DNA of 64,000 nucleotides from Dehalococcoidia bacterium (GTDB taxonomy: Bacteria > Chloroflexota > Dehalococcoidia > Dehalococcoidales > BS750m-G39). Location: positions 25,577-89,576 of the forward strand of contig JASFHK010000004.1 of assembly GCA_050123275.1 (NCBI GenBank), in the 5' to 3' direction. This document shows positions 29,289-37,733 of the stretch, piece after piece. The notes under the pieces were generated by a model. That model was not told the origin of the DNA. It worked only from the letters and a program-made list of their open reading frames with translations, and did not search any database. The position numbers were made by a program, and so were the translations under genes. Each line of letters begins with the position of its first letter. The first letter of the stretch is position 1.

Positions 29289-30455
29289 TCAGTCGCGGTT
29301 TCTCAACAGGAAGAAGGTGCAAACCAGCGCTGTCCCCGCCATCACCGCCCCGGCCACGGTGAAGCTGGTGGCGAAGCCATATTTATCGGCAATGAAGCCC
29401 AGCACCGGCGCGCTTAAGCCGATGCCGCCCCGGCTGGCGAAATAGTAAACGCCCAGTATCGTGGAGCGGTAGCGCGCGGGGGCGCGGCTGATAATTTGCA
29501 GCTCGGTGACGGGCATGGAGAGATACATGCACATGCCGAGCAGGAGCAGCACCAGCCAGATGCTCCAGCCCAGAGAGGCGAACTGGAGCAGGTAGATGGC
29601 CGGGCCGGCGATGAGGCCGGCCGTGATGATAACCGGCTTGGTGCCCAGCCTGTCGGAGAGATAGCCGCCGGCGGGGCCCGCCCAGAGCCCGGCGAAGTGG
29701 AAAAGCGAGAAGAGAAAAGCGCCGGTGTCGGCGCTGGCGTTGAGGTTGTCCACGGCGTAGAGCGCGATGTAATAGGTCACCCCCATGAGCAGCATCTGGA
29801 GAGCCACCCCCAGACCGATGTAGGGTATCAGGCTGCGCACGCTGCTGTGGGCTTCGCTTTCCTCGGGTTCGGAGTTGTTGGCTACCAGCGGGGCTTTGGG
29901 AGCGTAGCCGCGCCGGGTGAGGACGACAAAGAGCACGATACCGATAATGAAGACGGGTATGGCCATGCTGACCACCGTCCAGCGCCAGCTGAGCGTCTGG
30001 AAGAGGGCGGCGGCGATGAGCGGAGTCAGGAAAAAGCTGGCCGTGCCGCCTATCTGGTGCAAACCCAGGGCGCTGCCCCGGTCTCTTTTGTCCACCAGCG
30101 TCGAGACCAGTGGGGAGGCGGCGGGGTGATAGCCCCCGCCCATTATGCCCAGCATGACCATAAAGACAACCATCAGGATATAGCCGGGGGCAAGGCCGGC
30201 CAGTATGGAGAATAGCGCCGCCCCGGAGATGCCCATCAGAATCATGAGGCGGGGGCCGAGGCGGTCGGAGAGCCAGCCCGAGGGCAGGTGGCTGACGCCG
30301 TAGCTGATGTTGTAGGCGGACATTATCCAGCCGACCTGATTATAGTCGAGGGAAAATTCGTCGCGGATGAAGGGGGTGAGGGGTTGGAAAATGGCCGCCG
30401 TAAAGTGGTGGCTGAAATGGGCCAGCATGAAAAGGGGCAAAAGCCCCGAAATCAT
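29289..30455 (-). CDS. MFS transporter
   Basis: 388 aa, about 12 TM segments, with an MFS loop motif SDRLGPR repeated as SDRLGTK in the second half. Confidence 0.8.
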   Translation of the reverse strand: MISGLLPLFMLAHFSHHFTAAIFQPLTPFIRDEFSLDYNQVGWIMSAYNISYGVSHLPSGWLSDRLGPRLMILMGISGAALFSILAGLAPGYILMVVFMVMLGIMGGGYHPAASPLVSTLVDKRDRGSALGLHQIGGTASFFLTPLIAAALFQTLSWRWTVVSMAIPVFIIGIVLFVVLTRRGYAPKAPLVANNSEPEESEAHSSVRSLIPYIGLGVALQMLLMGVTYYIALYAVDNLNASADTGAFLFSLFHFAGLWAGPAGGYLSDRLGTKPVIITAGLIAGPAIYLLQFASLGWSIWLVLLLLGMCMYLSMPVTELQIISRAPARYRSTILGVYYFASRGGIGLSAPVLGFIADKYGFATSFTVAGAVMAGTALVCTFFLLRNRD

Positions 30456-30517
30456 GGAGAGGAATCTCGGCTTCTTGATGACAGTTTCTTTCTCCGCTTA
30501 TTCGGTCTAGATGAGTA

Positions 30518-30607
<90 letters not shown>

Positions 30608-30618
30608 GTTATAGTTTA

Positions 30619-30709
30619 TGGCGGAGAGGGTGGGATTCGAACCCACGCTCCGGAATAACCGGAGACCGCTTTTCGAGAGCGGCACCATAAACCACTCGGA
30701 CACCTCTCC
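30619..30709 (-). tRNA. tRNA-Ser (anticodon CGA), CCA encoded
   Basis: Hand-folded: same acceptor and T arms as the neighbour, anticodon arm CCGCT-CTCGAAA-AGCGG, long variable arm TCTCCGGTTATTCCGGAGC. Confidence 0.9.
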
Positions 30710-30722
30710 ATATAGCTTTCCG

Positions 30723-30750
30723 ATTATACCAAAAGTTGTGGCTGGGGCAA
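30723..30750 (-). promoter_or_regulatory. Promoter candidate for the tRNA-Ser pair
   Basis: Minus strand reads TTGCCC, 16-nt spacer, (TGg)TATAAT with an extended -10. The -10 lies about 13 nt upstream of the tRNA 5' end. Confidence 0.45.
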
Positions 30751-30822
30751 AGTCGTTGGTGCATTGTTGGAGGGGGGATTACTTATGAAGGCACGTTTTG
30801 TGCATTTAAACTAAGAACTTCT

Positions 30823-31251
30823 TTAGGTGTGCCTATGTTGAAATTTATACACCTGGGATTTTATACGGTTCACAACATCGTCAAGATTTTTGGCTATCTG
30901 AACGTCGGTGAACCTCATTACAGTGTATCCCATGTCTTCTAGCAAATGGGTGTTCCTCTTGTCCCTATCGACATTCTTTTGGATTTTTTGTTGCCAGTAG
31001 GGAGGCATTTTCAGTAACCGCTCAAGGGACAGCTTTTTGCCATGCCAGAAGGCACCATCTATAAAAACTATAACTTTTGCTCGTGTGAAGACAATATCAG
31101 GCCGTCCGGGAAGCGGCTTAAAGTCTTTGCGGTATCGTAGTCCATCGGCCCAGAGTTTCTTTCGAAGGGCAATTTCAGGGGCAGTGTCCTTGCTTTTTAT
31201 TCTGGACATTACCCAACTACGTTTTTCTGGTGGGTATGTGTCCTGAGTCAT
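30823..31251 (-). CDS. vsr: Very-short-patch repair endonuclease
   Basis: RSWVMSRIKSKDTAPE, LPGRPDIVF and FIDGAFWHG align with the E. coli Vsr motifs. Confidence 0.9.
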   Translation of the reverse strand: MTQDTYPPEKRSWVMSRIKSKDTAPEIALRKKLWADGLRYRKDFKPLPGRPDIVFTRAKVIVFIDGAFWHGKKLSLERLLKMPPYWQQKIQKNVDRDKRNTHLLEDMGYTVMRFTDVQIAKNLDDVVNRIKSQVYKFQHRHT

Positions 31252-31253
31252 AG

Positions 31254-32183
31254 CTAGCTAAGTTTTATCTGCAGCATTCCGTAGTCAGTTTCGCATTCTT
31301 CGACTATTTTGTTATATTTCCGAATTAGTTCAACAACAGTAGTGTCGCGCTTATCAGGTAAAAATCTACTTATTTCATAGATATTCATGGCAATAAATTG
31401 TTCAATGTCAAAAAAGTCCACTCTGCCTTCTATACCGAGCGGTTTTGCTAAGCTTTGTCCTGAAACAACGCCTACCGCCGATGTAACTATTATCGGCTTC
31501 AGATGGGAATTCAAATTGTCAGCGCACTTTCTTAGCAGCATTTCAGTTGGAGTAGCGGTCACATGAATAACTACGTCGCCAATAATGAAGTCTCCGGCTC
31601 GTGCATTGGCTTCATCTTTAACTGAAAAGCCACACGACTGTATTTGGTTATCCGGTAGAGCCAAAGTTAGCTTAGCGCCAACAAGATGCTGCATTAAAGC
31701 GCCTTGGAACATGGTTCCTTGGTTTTCGCGTTGTCTAGCCTCAGCTTGGTTGAGCAAGTCGCGAACAACGTAGGCAATCGATTTTGATGGGTCAGCACGG
31801 AACTTGAACGGCCTGCCAGCAAAAAACTCCTTTACGCGGTCTACCCACCAGCTTTCAACGAAAGGCAGATCTATAACTGAAATTTCGTTCTGCTGGTTAA
31901 GGAATTTAACATATTTCTCCATCAAAGCGAGACTGCCGCGACTAGTGCGACCGCCTTCTGCCGCTAATATTTGGGTTACTCCATGCTCATTAAGTATTTT
32001 TTGCACGGAGCTTCTACCGAGACCTTTGACTTGGCCTTGCCCTTCGGTTTTCATAGTTCTTGAATCTAGCGGGAGTCCTTTGTCTCTGGCCTCGCGAGTT
32101 ACGACAAGTACTACGGACAGATCACCTTTGCCGCTAACGTATTGCTTCTTGAATTTTTGTAAAGACTCTTGGATTGTCGGCAT
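31254..32183 (-). CDS. Putative type II restriction endonuclease (cognate of the adjacent Dcm methyltransferase)
   Basis: 309-aa low-GC ORF between dcm and vsr. Its start overlaps the dcm 3' end by 50 nt. I recognise no nuclease motif with certainty, so the call rests on position. Confidence 0.5.
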   Translation of the reverse strand: MPTIQESLQKFKKQYVSGKGDLSVVLVVTREARDKGLPLDSRTMKTEGQGQVKGLGRSSVQKILNEHGVTQILAAEGGRTSRGSLALMEKYVKFLNQQNEISVIDLPFVESWWVDRVKEFFAGRPFKFRADPSKSIAYVVRDLLNQAEARQRENQGTMFQGALMQHLVGAKLTLALPDNQIQSCGFSVKDEANARAGDFIIGDVVIHVTATPTEMLLRKCADNLNSHLKPIIVTSAVGVVSGQSLAKPLGIEGRVDFFDIEQFIAMNIYEISRFLPDKRDTTVVELIRKYNKIVEECETDYGMLQIKLS

Positions 32184-33255
32184 GCGCCCTCCTTGCTAAG
32201 GGTAGCAGTAGGTGTTCTGTTAAAAATCGGGTGACGGGTAGGGCTACGGCGTCACCCATCGCATTGTAGCCGCTATTATAGTCACCGGGGATAGAATATG
32301 AATCGGGCAATCCCATTAATCTCGCTGCTTCCCGTACTGTTAATAAGCGTGTTTTTAATTCGCCATTAACTGAAATGACTATGAACTCGCGGCTACTTCC
32401 ACCATTAGCTGTCCTTAGGCAACCTGAAATATCGTCAGTGCGTATCTCAAGCACTTGTTTTTTCCCCCTGATGCGCTTGTATCCGGGGAATACCCGTAAC
32501 CCTTGCGTAAGAGCCTGCTTTAGCTTTGCCATGTGCTTAGGTGGTATCAATGCCAAGAGTTTCTTTGTTTGCTCACTTGTGTGAAGTGGAGCGTCGTATT
32601 CAATAACGTCGGATAGCTTTAGCGTTCGGGGTGGCGGCGTTTGCAGGCTCCACCAGATAACTTCTGTAAGACCATCTACCGCTCGTCTCAAAGCCTCAGG
32701 GTGTAGCCAATTTGGGGCGTCATCTGTTAAGCCATCCAAATTCACATCAGTTCTGACGCCTAAAACGAATATCCGTTTGCGTGATTGGGGGAGCCACCTT
32801 AGGGCGTCAAGCTGTAAAGGTCCTACTTGGTAATTACGTCCGGTCAATGCTTGGTGCAGAGTGCGGTAGTTATTGCCTCTGCTAGTTGAGGTTAGCCCTG
32901 AAACATTTTCTACCACAACTATCGGGGGGCGAGTAGGCATTTCATCCATTATCTTAAGCCAAGTCCATACCAAGCCGCTTCTATTCCCGTTTATACCTTG
33001 CTGCTTACCCGCTAGCGACAAATCCTGACATGGAAAACTAGCCCAGGAAACGTCTGCCTGCGGAAGGTTCTGCCCCGAGAAGTTCTGTAATGGCCCGAGG
33101 TAGAAAGAATATGGGTCTTGATTAGCCAAGTAAACTTCAGCTTTCTTTGGTGAGATGTCGTTAGCCCAAGCTGTATGGAAATAAGGTTTTACCCCTTCTG
33201 TAACTAGGCCGCTTCCTGCAAAAAAGTCTAGGAATTCATAAAGCTCAGGCGACAT
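32134..33255 (-). CDS. dcm: DNA (cytosine-5)-methyltransferase
   Basis: Motifs I FAGSG, IV SFPCQDLS, VI ENV, VIII QSRKR, IX REAARLMGLPDSY and X GDAV occur in canonical order. Confidence 0.92.
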   Translation of the reverse strand: MSPELYEFLDFFAGSGLVTEGVKPYFHTAWANDISPKKAEVYLANQDPYSFYLGPLQNFSGQNLPQADVSWASFPCQDLSLAGKQQGINGNRSGLVWTWLKIMDEMPTRPPIVVVENVSGLTSTSRGNNYRTLHQALTGRNYQVGPLQLDALRWLPQSRKRIFVLGVRTDVNLDGLTDDAPNWLHPEALRRAVDGLTEVIWWSLQTPPPRTLKLSDVIEYDAPLHTSEQTKKLLALIPPKHMAKLKQALTQGLRVFPGYKRIRGKKQVLEIRTDDISGCLRTANGGSSREFIVISVNGELKTRLLTVREAARLMGLPDSYSIPGDYNSGYNAMGDAVALPVTRFLTEHLLLPLARRAHADNPRVFTKIQEAIR

Positions 33256-33471
33256 AGGCTCTCACTCTCCGATGGTGTCCGTGTAATTATATCATATAAG
33301 TATTGGGGAAGGGTGCTAAACAAGAAAAACGGAAGTAATATTTTGCTAACCTTTTGCTAACGTATGAAAACAGACGGGGGTAATACGGCATCGTATTTAC
33401 GCAAAGTCACCACTATATTGACACTGAACGGAGCAAGTGATAACTTTGTTTGAGTCTGAAAGTAGGCTGAT

Positions 33472-34920
33472 ATGTTCAGTGTTGTGATGAAAAAGCTGGC
33501 CTTACTAGCGGTTATCGTGGTGCTGCTACAGCTCACTGCGGCCATTCCGGCGCGGGCCCAGTCCGAAGACGAGGTTAGGGTCAAGCAGCTCAACTTCGTC
33601 TTCCTGCACGGGGCGGGGGGCAACCCCTGTTCCATGCAGCTTCTCTCCGACACCATCCTGGAGAATATAGAGCCTTACATCGCCGCCTACGAAGCCGCCA
33701 ACCCCGGCATCGATATTCAGGTTGACGTCATGAACCGCTGTTACCCCAACGATGTCGACATGAGGACCTGGGCCAACAACATCGCCGACAGCGTCGGGCG
33801 CCACTTTTCCGGTAAGCGGAACATCATACTGGTCGGGCACAGCGCCGGCGGCAAGGCCGCCCTCTATGCCGTGGCTAACAACGTCAGCGGCATCACGGAT
33901 AAGGTGGCTATGGTGGTGACCATCAACAGCCCGATTAAAGCCATGGGGGGCTATTACGCTACCGGCGGCACTTCCGTGGCTGATTTCTGCCGCGTCCGCT
34001 GGCTGGCCGGGGACGCGGGCATCTGCGACTCGGTGGCCAACTACGACAGCTCCGATGACGGCGCCTGGGTGGCGCAGAACAAGCACTGGCTGGCTTTCAT
34101 CTCGGGTGAATCGGCTCCCTCCAGCGCCCAGTTCGGTTTCGGCGGCGTTGACGGCTGGCCCCGGGATATGGACGACGGCATCGTGCCCATGTCGGCGCAG
34201 TATTCCGACGCCGCCGACGTGGTCTATTACGGGGAGCATGGGCACGGCGATTTTGAGGTGTCGGAGGCAATCTCAGAGAATCTCGCGGAACAGATACTGA
34301 CCTATATTTTCGGCGGGACTATCTATTGCTCGCATTTCGTCCGCGAGGGCGCTTTCGAGCACAAGGCCAACTGGTTTTTGGGCACGGATTACTGGGACGA
34401 GGTCAAGGGCGGCGTTCTGGTCGACAGCGGGCGCCTGGAAAACGCCAATGGTTCCTTTTTCTTCTGGGAAGATTGGAAAGAGGTGGTGGGGGATTGCCCC
34501 GAAGGGAGCCTGCGCAGTAACTTCACCGTCGAGGCGGTGGACCCCTTTCTTTTCTTTACCAGCGTCGTCGAGTCGAGGTGGTTCCAGGCCGACGACCCCG
34601 ACGATTGCCGCCTCTACATACACAGCCGCTCCGCGCCCCGTAATACCGTTAAGGTGGACTGGAAGATTTACCGCCAGGGGACGTTGCCCGATGGGCTCGA
34701 GCGCGACCATTATGAGGTCGAGATAATCACAGGCACGCCGTTGACCAGCATACCCTACGTTTCCTGGCTTAACGACGACCCCAGCGACGTGAGAATACGC
34801 GTGGTTTCCGAAGCGGAGAGCCCTTTCCGCTGGTTCGAGGCGGAGTGGCGGCTCTATGCCAAGCAACCCAGGGAAAGGCAGATTATCGAAGAGCTTATGC
34901 TCGACCCGCTGGCGTCCTAG
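33472..34920 (+). CDS. Secreted alpha/beta-hydrolase (lipase/esterase-like) with an about 200-aa C-terminal domain of unknown function
   Basis: Signal peptide MKKLALLAVIVVLLQLTAAIPARAQS, oxyanion region FVFLHGAGG, and nucleophile elbow GHSAGG. Confidence 0.7.
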   Translation: MFSVVMKKLALLAVIVVLLQLTAAIPARAQSEDEVRVKQLNFVFLHGAGGNPCSMQLLSDTILENIEPYIAAYEAANPGIDIQVDVMNRCYPNDVDMRTWANNIADSVGRHFSGKRNIILVGHSAGGKAALYAVANNVSGITDKVAMVVTINSPIKAMGGYYATGGTSVADFCRVRWLAGDAGICDSVANYDSSDDGAWVAQNKHWLAFISGESAPSSAQFGFGGVDGWPRDMDDGIVPMSAQYSDAADVVYYGEHGHGDFEVSEAISENLAEQILTYIFGGTIYCSHFVREGAFEHKANWFLGTDYWDEVKGGVLVDSGRLENANGSFFFWEDWKEVVGDCPEGSLRSNFTVEAVDPFLFFTSVVESRWFQADDPDDCRLYIHSRSAPRNTVKVDWKIYRQGTLPDGLERDHYEVEIITGTPLTSIPYVSWLNDDPSDVRIRVVSEAESPFRWFEAEWRLYAKQPRERQIIEELMLDPLAS

Positions 34921-36026
34921 AGCTTGAGCTTGGTTCGAATCTGGGCCAGCCGGGTCAGGCTTTCCCGCGATATGACGCCGACCACTTTATTGTCCTCGAC
35001 CACAGGCACGTGATCGATTCCCTGTTCGTCCATGACCCCGAGCACGCTGGCGGCCGATTGCTGGGGGTGGACGGTTTTAAGCCGGCTGGCCGGTGTCATG
35101 ATTTTATCGATATGGGCGCCGCGGTGCTTCTTGGCTACCCGTTTGGCGTCGTCCACGGTAACCACCCCTTTTAGCTCCTCTTCGTCGGCGATGAGGCAAT
35201 AGCTCTGCCCCGTAGCCAGTATGTAATCGTGGATTAGCTGGCTGACGGTGGTCTGGGAGCTAATAAGAGCGCTCTCCCGTGACATTATATCCTGGGCCTT
35301 GACCGGTTCCAGCGCCTTGCGCAAAATGGCGCGGCGGCGGCTCTGGGCGGAGGCGGATTGCAATACCCACCCCGTGCCCACTATGGCCAGGCCGTTGAAC
35401 CATTGCTGTTCGCGGATGAGGAGCAGGATACCGGCGGCGATGAGCAGCCAGCCGAGAATCCAGCCCAGAACGCTGGTGATGAGGATGGAGCCGTCGTGGT
35501 CGCCGCTGATTTTCCACAGGAACGCCCGCAGCAGCCTGCCCCCGTCCAGGGGAAAGCCGGGGATGATGTGGAAGAGAAAGAGCATGAAGAAGATATAGGA
35601 CAGCCACTGGATGATGACGTAGGCCACCGTGCTGCCGGCGCTGAAGAGGATGGCGTGGATGCCGTAGAAAATGCCGCAGAAGAGGAGAGTGGTGAGCAGG
35701 CCGGTGGCGGCAATGAGTAACTCGATGACGGGGCGGGTGGCTTCTTTGGTTATCTCGGCGCCGCCGCCGAAGACGAACAGGGTGATGCGCTTTACGGGCA
35801 CGCCCCGGTTGATAACGATGAAGCTGATAATAAAGGAGCGCAGGCTGATGGCTAACAGAAAAGCCAGGCTGGTGACTATGCCCAGCGCCACCCTTTGCCA
35901 CAGGGGATGGGCCTCGGGGAACTGTGTCACCATGATGGCGGTTATCAGGCCGAAAGCCAGTATCCAGGTATAGTGCAGGCTTATCTTGACCCCGAAAATA
36001 CGGCTTAGTCTGGGTAGTGCTGCCAT
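34917..36026 (-). CDS. M50 (site-2 protease) family homologue with CBS pair, lacking the HExxH zinc site
   Basis: M50B topology with FGGGAEI and the second motif HIIPGFPLDGG retained. The position of HExxH reads LLAISLRSF. C-terminal CBS pair present. Confidence 0.72.
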   Translation of the reverse strand: MAALPRLSRIFGVKISLHYTWILAFGLITAIMVTQFPEAHPLWQRVALGIVTSLAFLLAISLRSFIISFIVINRGVPVKRITLFVFGGGAEITKEATRPVIELLIAATGLLTTLLFCGIFYGIHAILFSAGSTVAYVIIQWLSYIFFMLFLFHIIPGFPLDGGRLLRAFLWKISGDHDGSILITSVLGWILGWLLIAAGILLLIREQQWFNGLAIVGTGWVLQSASAQSRRRAILRKALEPVKAQDIMSRESALISSQTTVSQLIHDYILATGQSYCLIADEEELKGVVTVDDAKRVAKKHRGAHIDKIMTPASRLKTVHPQQSAASVLGVMDEQGIDHVPVVEDNKVVGVISRESLTRLAQIRTKLKL

Positions 36027-36086
36027 CTTGCCTCCAGACTAAATATACCTCATTAGACGGTTTATGACCACCTTTTTAGCGGGTTT

Positions 36087-36890
36087 TCAGCGCTCTATCT
36101 GCACCAGCCGGTAGCGCAGCTTGCCCACCGGCGCCGTTATCTCCACGGTGTCGCCCTGCGCCCGGCCCACGACGGCTTTGCCGATGGGCGACTGGCTGGA
36201 AATCTTGCCGCTGGCGGGGTCGACCTCGCGTGGGCTGACTATGGTGTAGCGCAGCTCCTCGCCGGAGGCGTCGTCGCAGAGGACGATGCTGTTGCCCACG
36301 CTGACCTTGGGGGCGGCTTTTCGGTTCTCGTCGATGATGGTCGCCGTCTTGAGGATGGCTTCCAGCTCCATGAGACGACCCTCTATATAGCTTTTTTCTT
36401 CCCGGGCGGCGTCGAGGGGAGCGTTTTCGCGGAAGTCCTTGTCCGCCGCCGCTCGCCTTATCTCCTCGGTGGCCTTGGTGCGCCGCACTTTAAGCTCGGC
36501 GATTTCGGCTTTGAGCTTGTCGTAGCCTTCCCTGGTCAGTGAGCTCGGCGGTGGCAGGTTGCGCTTGGTGGATTTAGGCAGGTTGCTCTTCGCTTTCTTG
36601 GGCTTGAGCTGGGCGGCCAGGCTGGCCTTGTTCCAGCCCTGCTTACGGGCGTAGGCCAGGAAGGCGCGCACCGTCTCGATATTGGCCAGGTAGCTGGTGT
36701 GCAGCGACGATAGCTGGGCGGCGTAGTCGGCCACCTCGCGGGGGATAAGGTCGGCGAAGGGGCGCTCGGCGCCGTACCAGCGCACGAACTGGTAGACCGG
36801 TTGCTGGCAGGTTTCGCCTTCCTTGGGGGGGAGAGTGGCCAAAAAGATGGTGGCGGCTTCGCCCAGGCTCGGATTCTGTTTCGTTGTCAT
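36087..36890 (-). CDS. greA: GreA-family transcript cleavage factor with an about 115-aa N-terminal extension
   Basis: The C-terminal about 150 aa form a complete GreA (LTREGYDKLKAE..RENAPLDAAREE..coiled coil, then SIVL..YTIVSPREVDP..GKISSQSPIGKAVVG). The ATG at 36890 has a GGGGAG RBS; the ORF track uses a TTG at 36902. Confidence 0.8.
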   Translation of the reverse strand: MTTKQNPSLGEAATIFLATLPPKEGETCQQPVYQFVRWYGAERPFADLIPREVADYAAQLSSLHTSYLANIETVRAFLAYARKQGWNKASLAAQLKPKKAKSNLPKSTKRNLPPPSSLTREGYDKLKAEIAELKVRRTKATEEIRRAAADKDFRENAPLDAAREEKSYIEGRLMELEAILKTATIIDENRKAAPKVSVGNSIVLCDDASGEELRYTIVSPREVDPASGKISSQSPIGKAVVGRAQGDTVEITAPVGKLRYRLVQIER

Positions 36891-36920
36891 TTCGCTCCCC
36901 AATCTATACTAATTCGGGCG

Positions 36921-37721
36921 TTATTTGCCCGCTTTCTGCACTATTTTAAGGGCGGCCTCGGCGGCCCTTCTCCCCGAAAAGAGCATGCCCCCGAAGGTGG
37001 GGCCCATGCGCGGCAGGCCGAAGACGCTGGCCACCGCCATGCCGGCCACAATCAGGCCGGGATAGACCTCGCCGGTGCGCTCGACGACGGCGTCCTCCGA
37101 TTTCTCGATCCAGAGGGCGCCTTCACCCTTTACCTCAATCATTTTGCGTTTCACCAGCTTCTGGATGACGTCGGCTTCGTGGCCGGTGGCGTCGATGACC
37201 ACCTTGGTCTCCAGCGGCACCGGGTCGAGGGCGGCCGCCTCCCTGGGGAGATGGTTGATGGGGTTCCAGTTGATCACTACCCCGGCAATCTTCTTGTCCT
37301 CCCTGACCACGATATCCTCGACGTAGGTCAGGCTGAAAATCTTGGCGCCGGCGGCGCAGGCGGCGGCGATGAGGCTGGCGCAGGCGTGGGGGGCGTCGGC
37401 GACGTATAAGCCTTCGCCCGCCGGCGAGTAGGGCACCCCCAGCTCGTCGAGGAACTCCTGGGCGGGCGCTCTCAAAGTAAACTTATTCATGAAGTAGCCG
37501 CCGACCCAGAAGCCGCCGCCCAGGTAGTTGTTGCGCTCGATGATGACCACCTTCAGCCCGGCTTTAGCCAGGTCGCGGGCGGCGATAAGACCGGCGGGGC
37601 CGGCGCCGACGATGATGACGTCGCTTTCGACGTATTCTTCAAATTGCTTGAGGAAGCTGGAAACGATAGCCCGGGTCACTTCCTTTTCACCTACGGGGTG
37701 GAATAAAGGCATATTAAACAC
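36921..37721 (-). CDS. thi4: Thiazole synthase Thi4 (archaeal/eukaryotic-type)
   Basis: DVIIVGAGPAGL, ERNNYLGGG and VVIDATGHEADV. Lies 12 nt downstream of thiC. Confidence 0.9.
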   Translation of the reverse strand: MFNMPLFHPVGEKEVTRAIVSSFLKQFEEYVESDVIIVGAGPAGLIAARDLAKAGLKVVIIERNNYLGGGFWVGGYFMNKFTLRAPAQEFLDELGVPYSPAGEGLYVADAPHACASLIAAACAAGAKIFSLTYVEDIVVREDKKIAGVVINWNPINHLPREAAALDPVPLETKVVIDATGHEADVIQKLVKRKMIEVKGEGALWIEKSEDAVVERTGEVYPGLIVAGMAVASVFGLPRMGPTFGGMLFSGRRAAEAALKIVQKAGK

Positions 37722-37733
37722 TCCTCTCTATAG

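Larger units (their letters stand above)
30755..33360. other. Low-GC restriction-modification/Vsr islet (probable horizontally acquired insertion)
   Basis: There is an abrupt fall in GC by eye relative to the flanks. The islet contains only dcm, a candidate endonuclease and vsr, all on the minus strand and overlapping or abutting. Confidence 0.6.
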
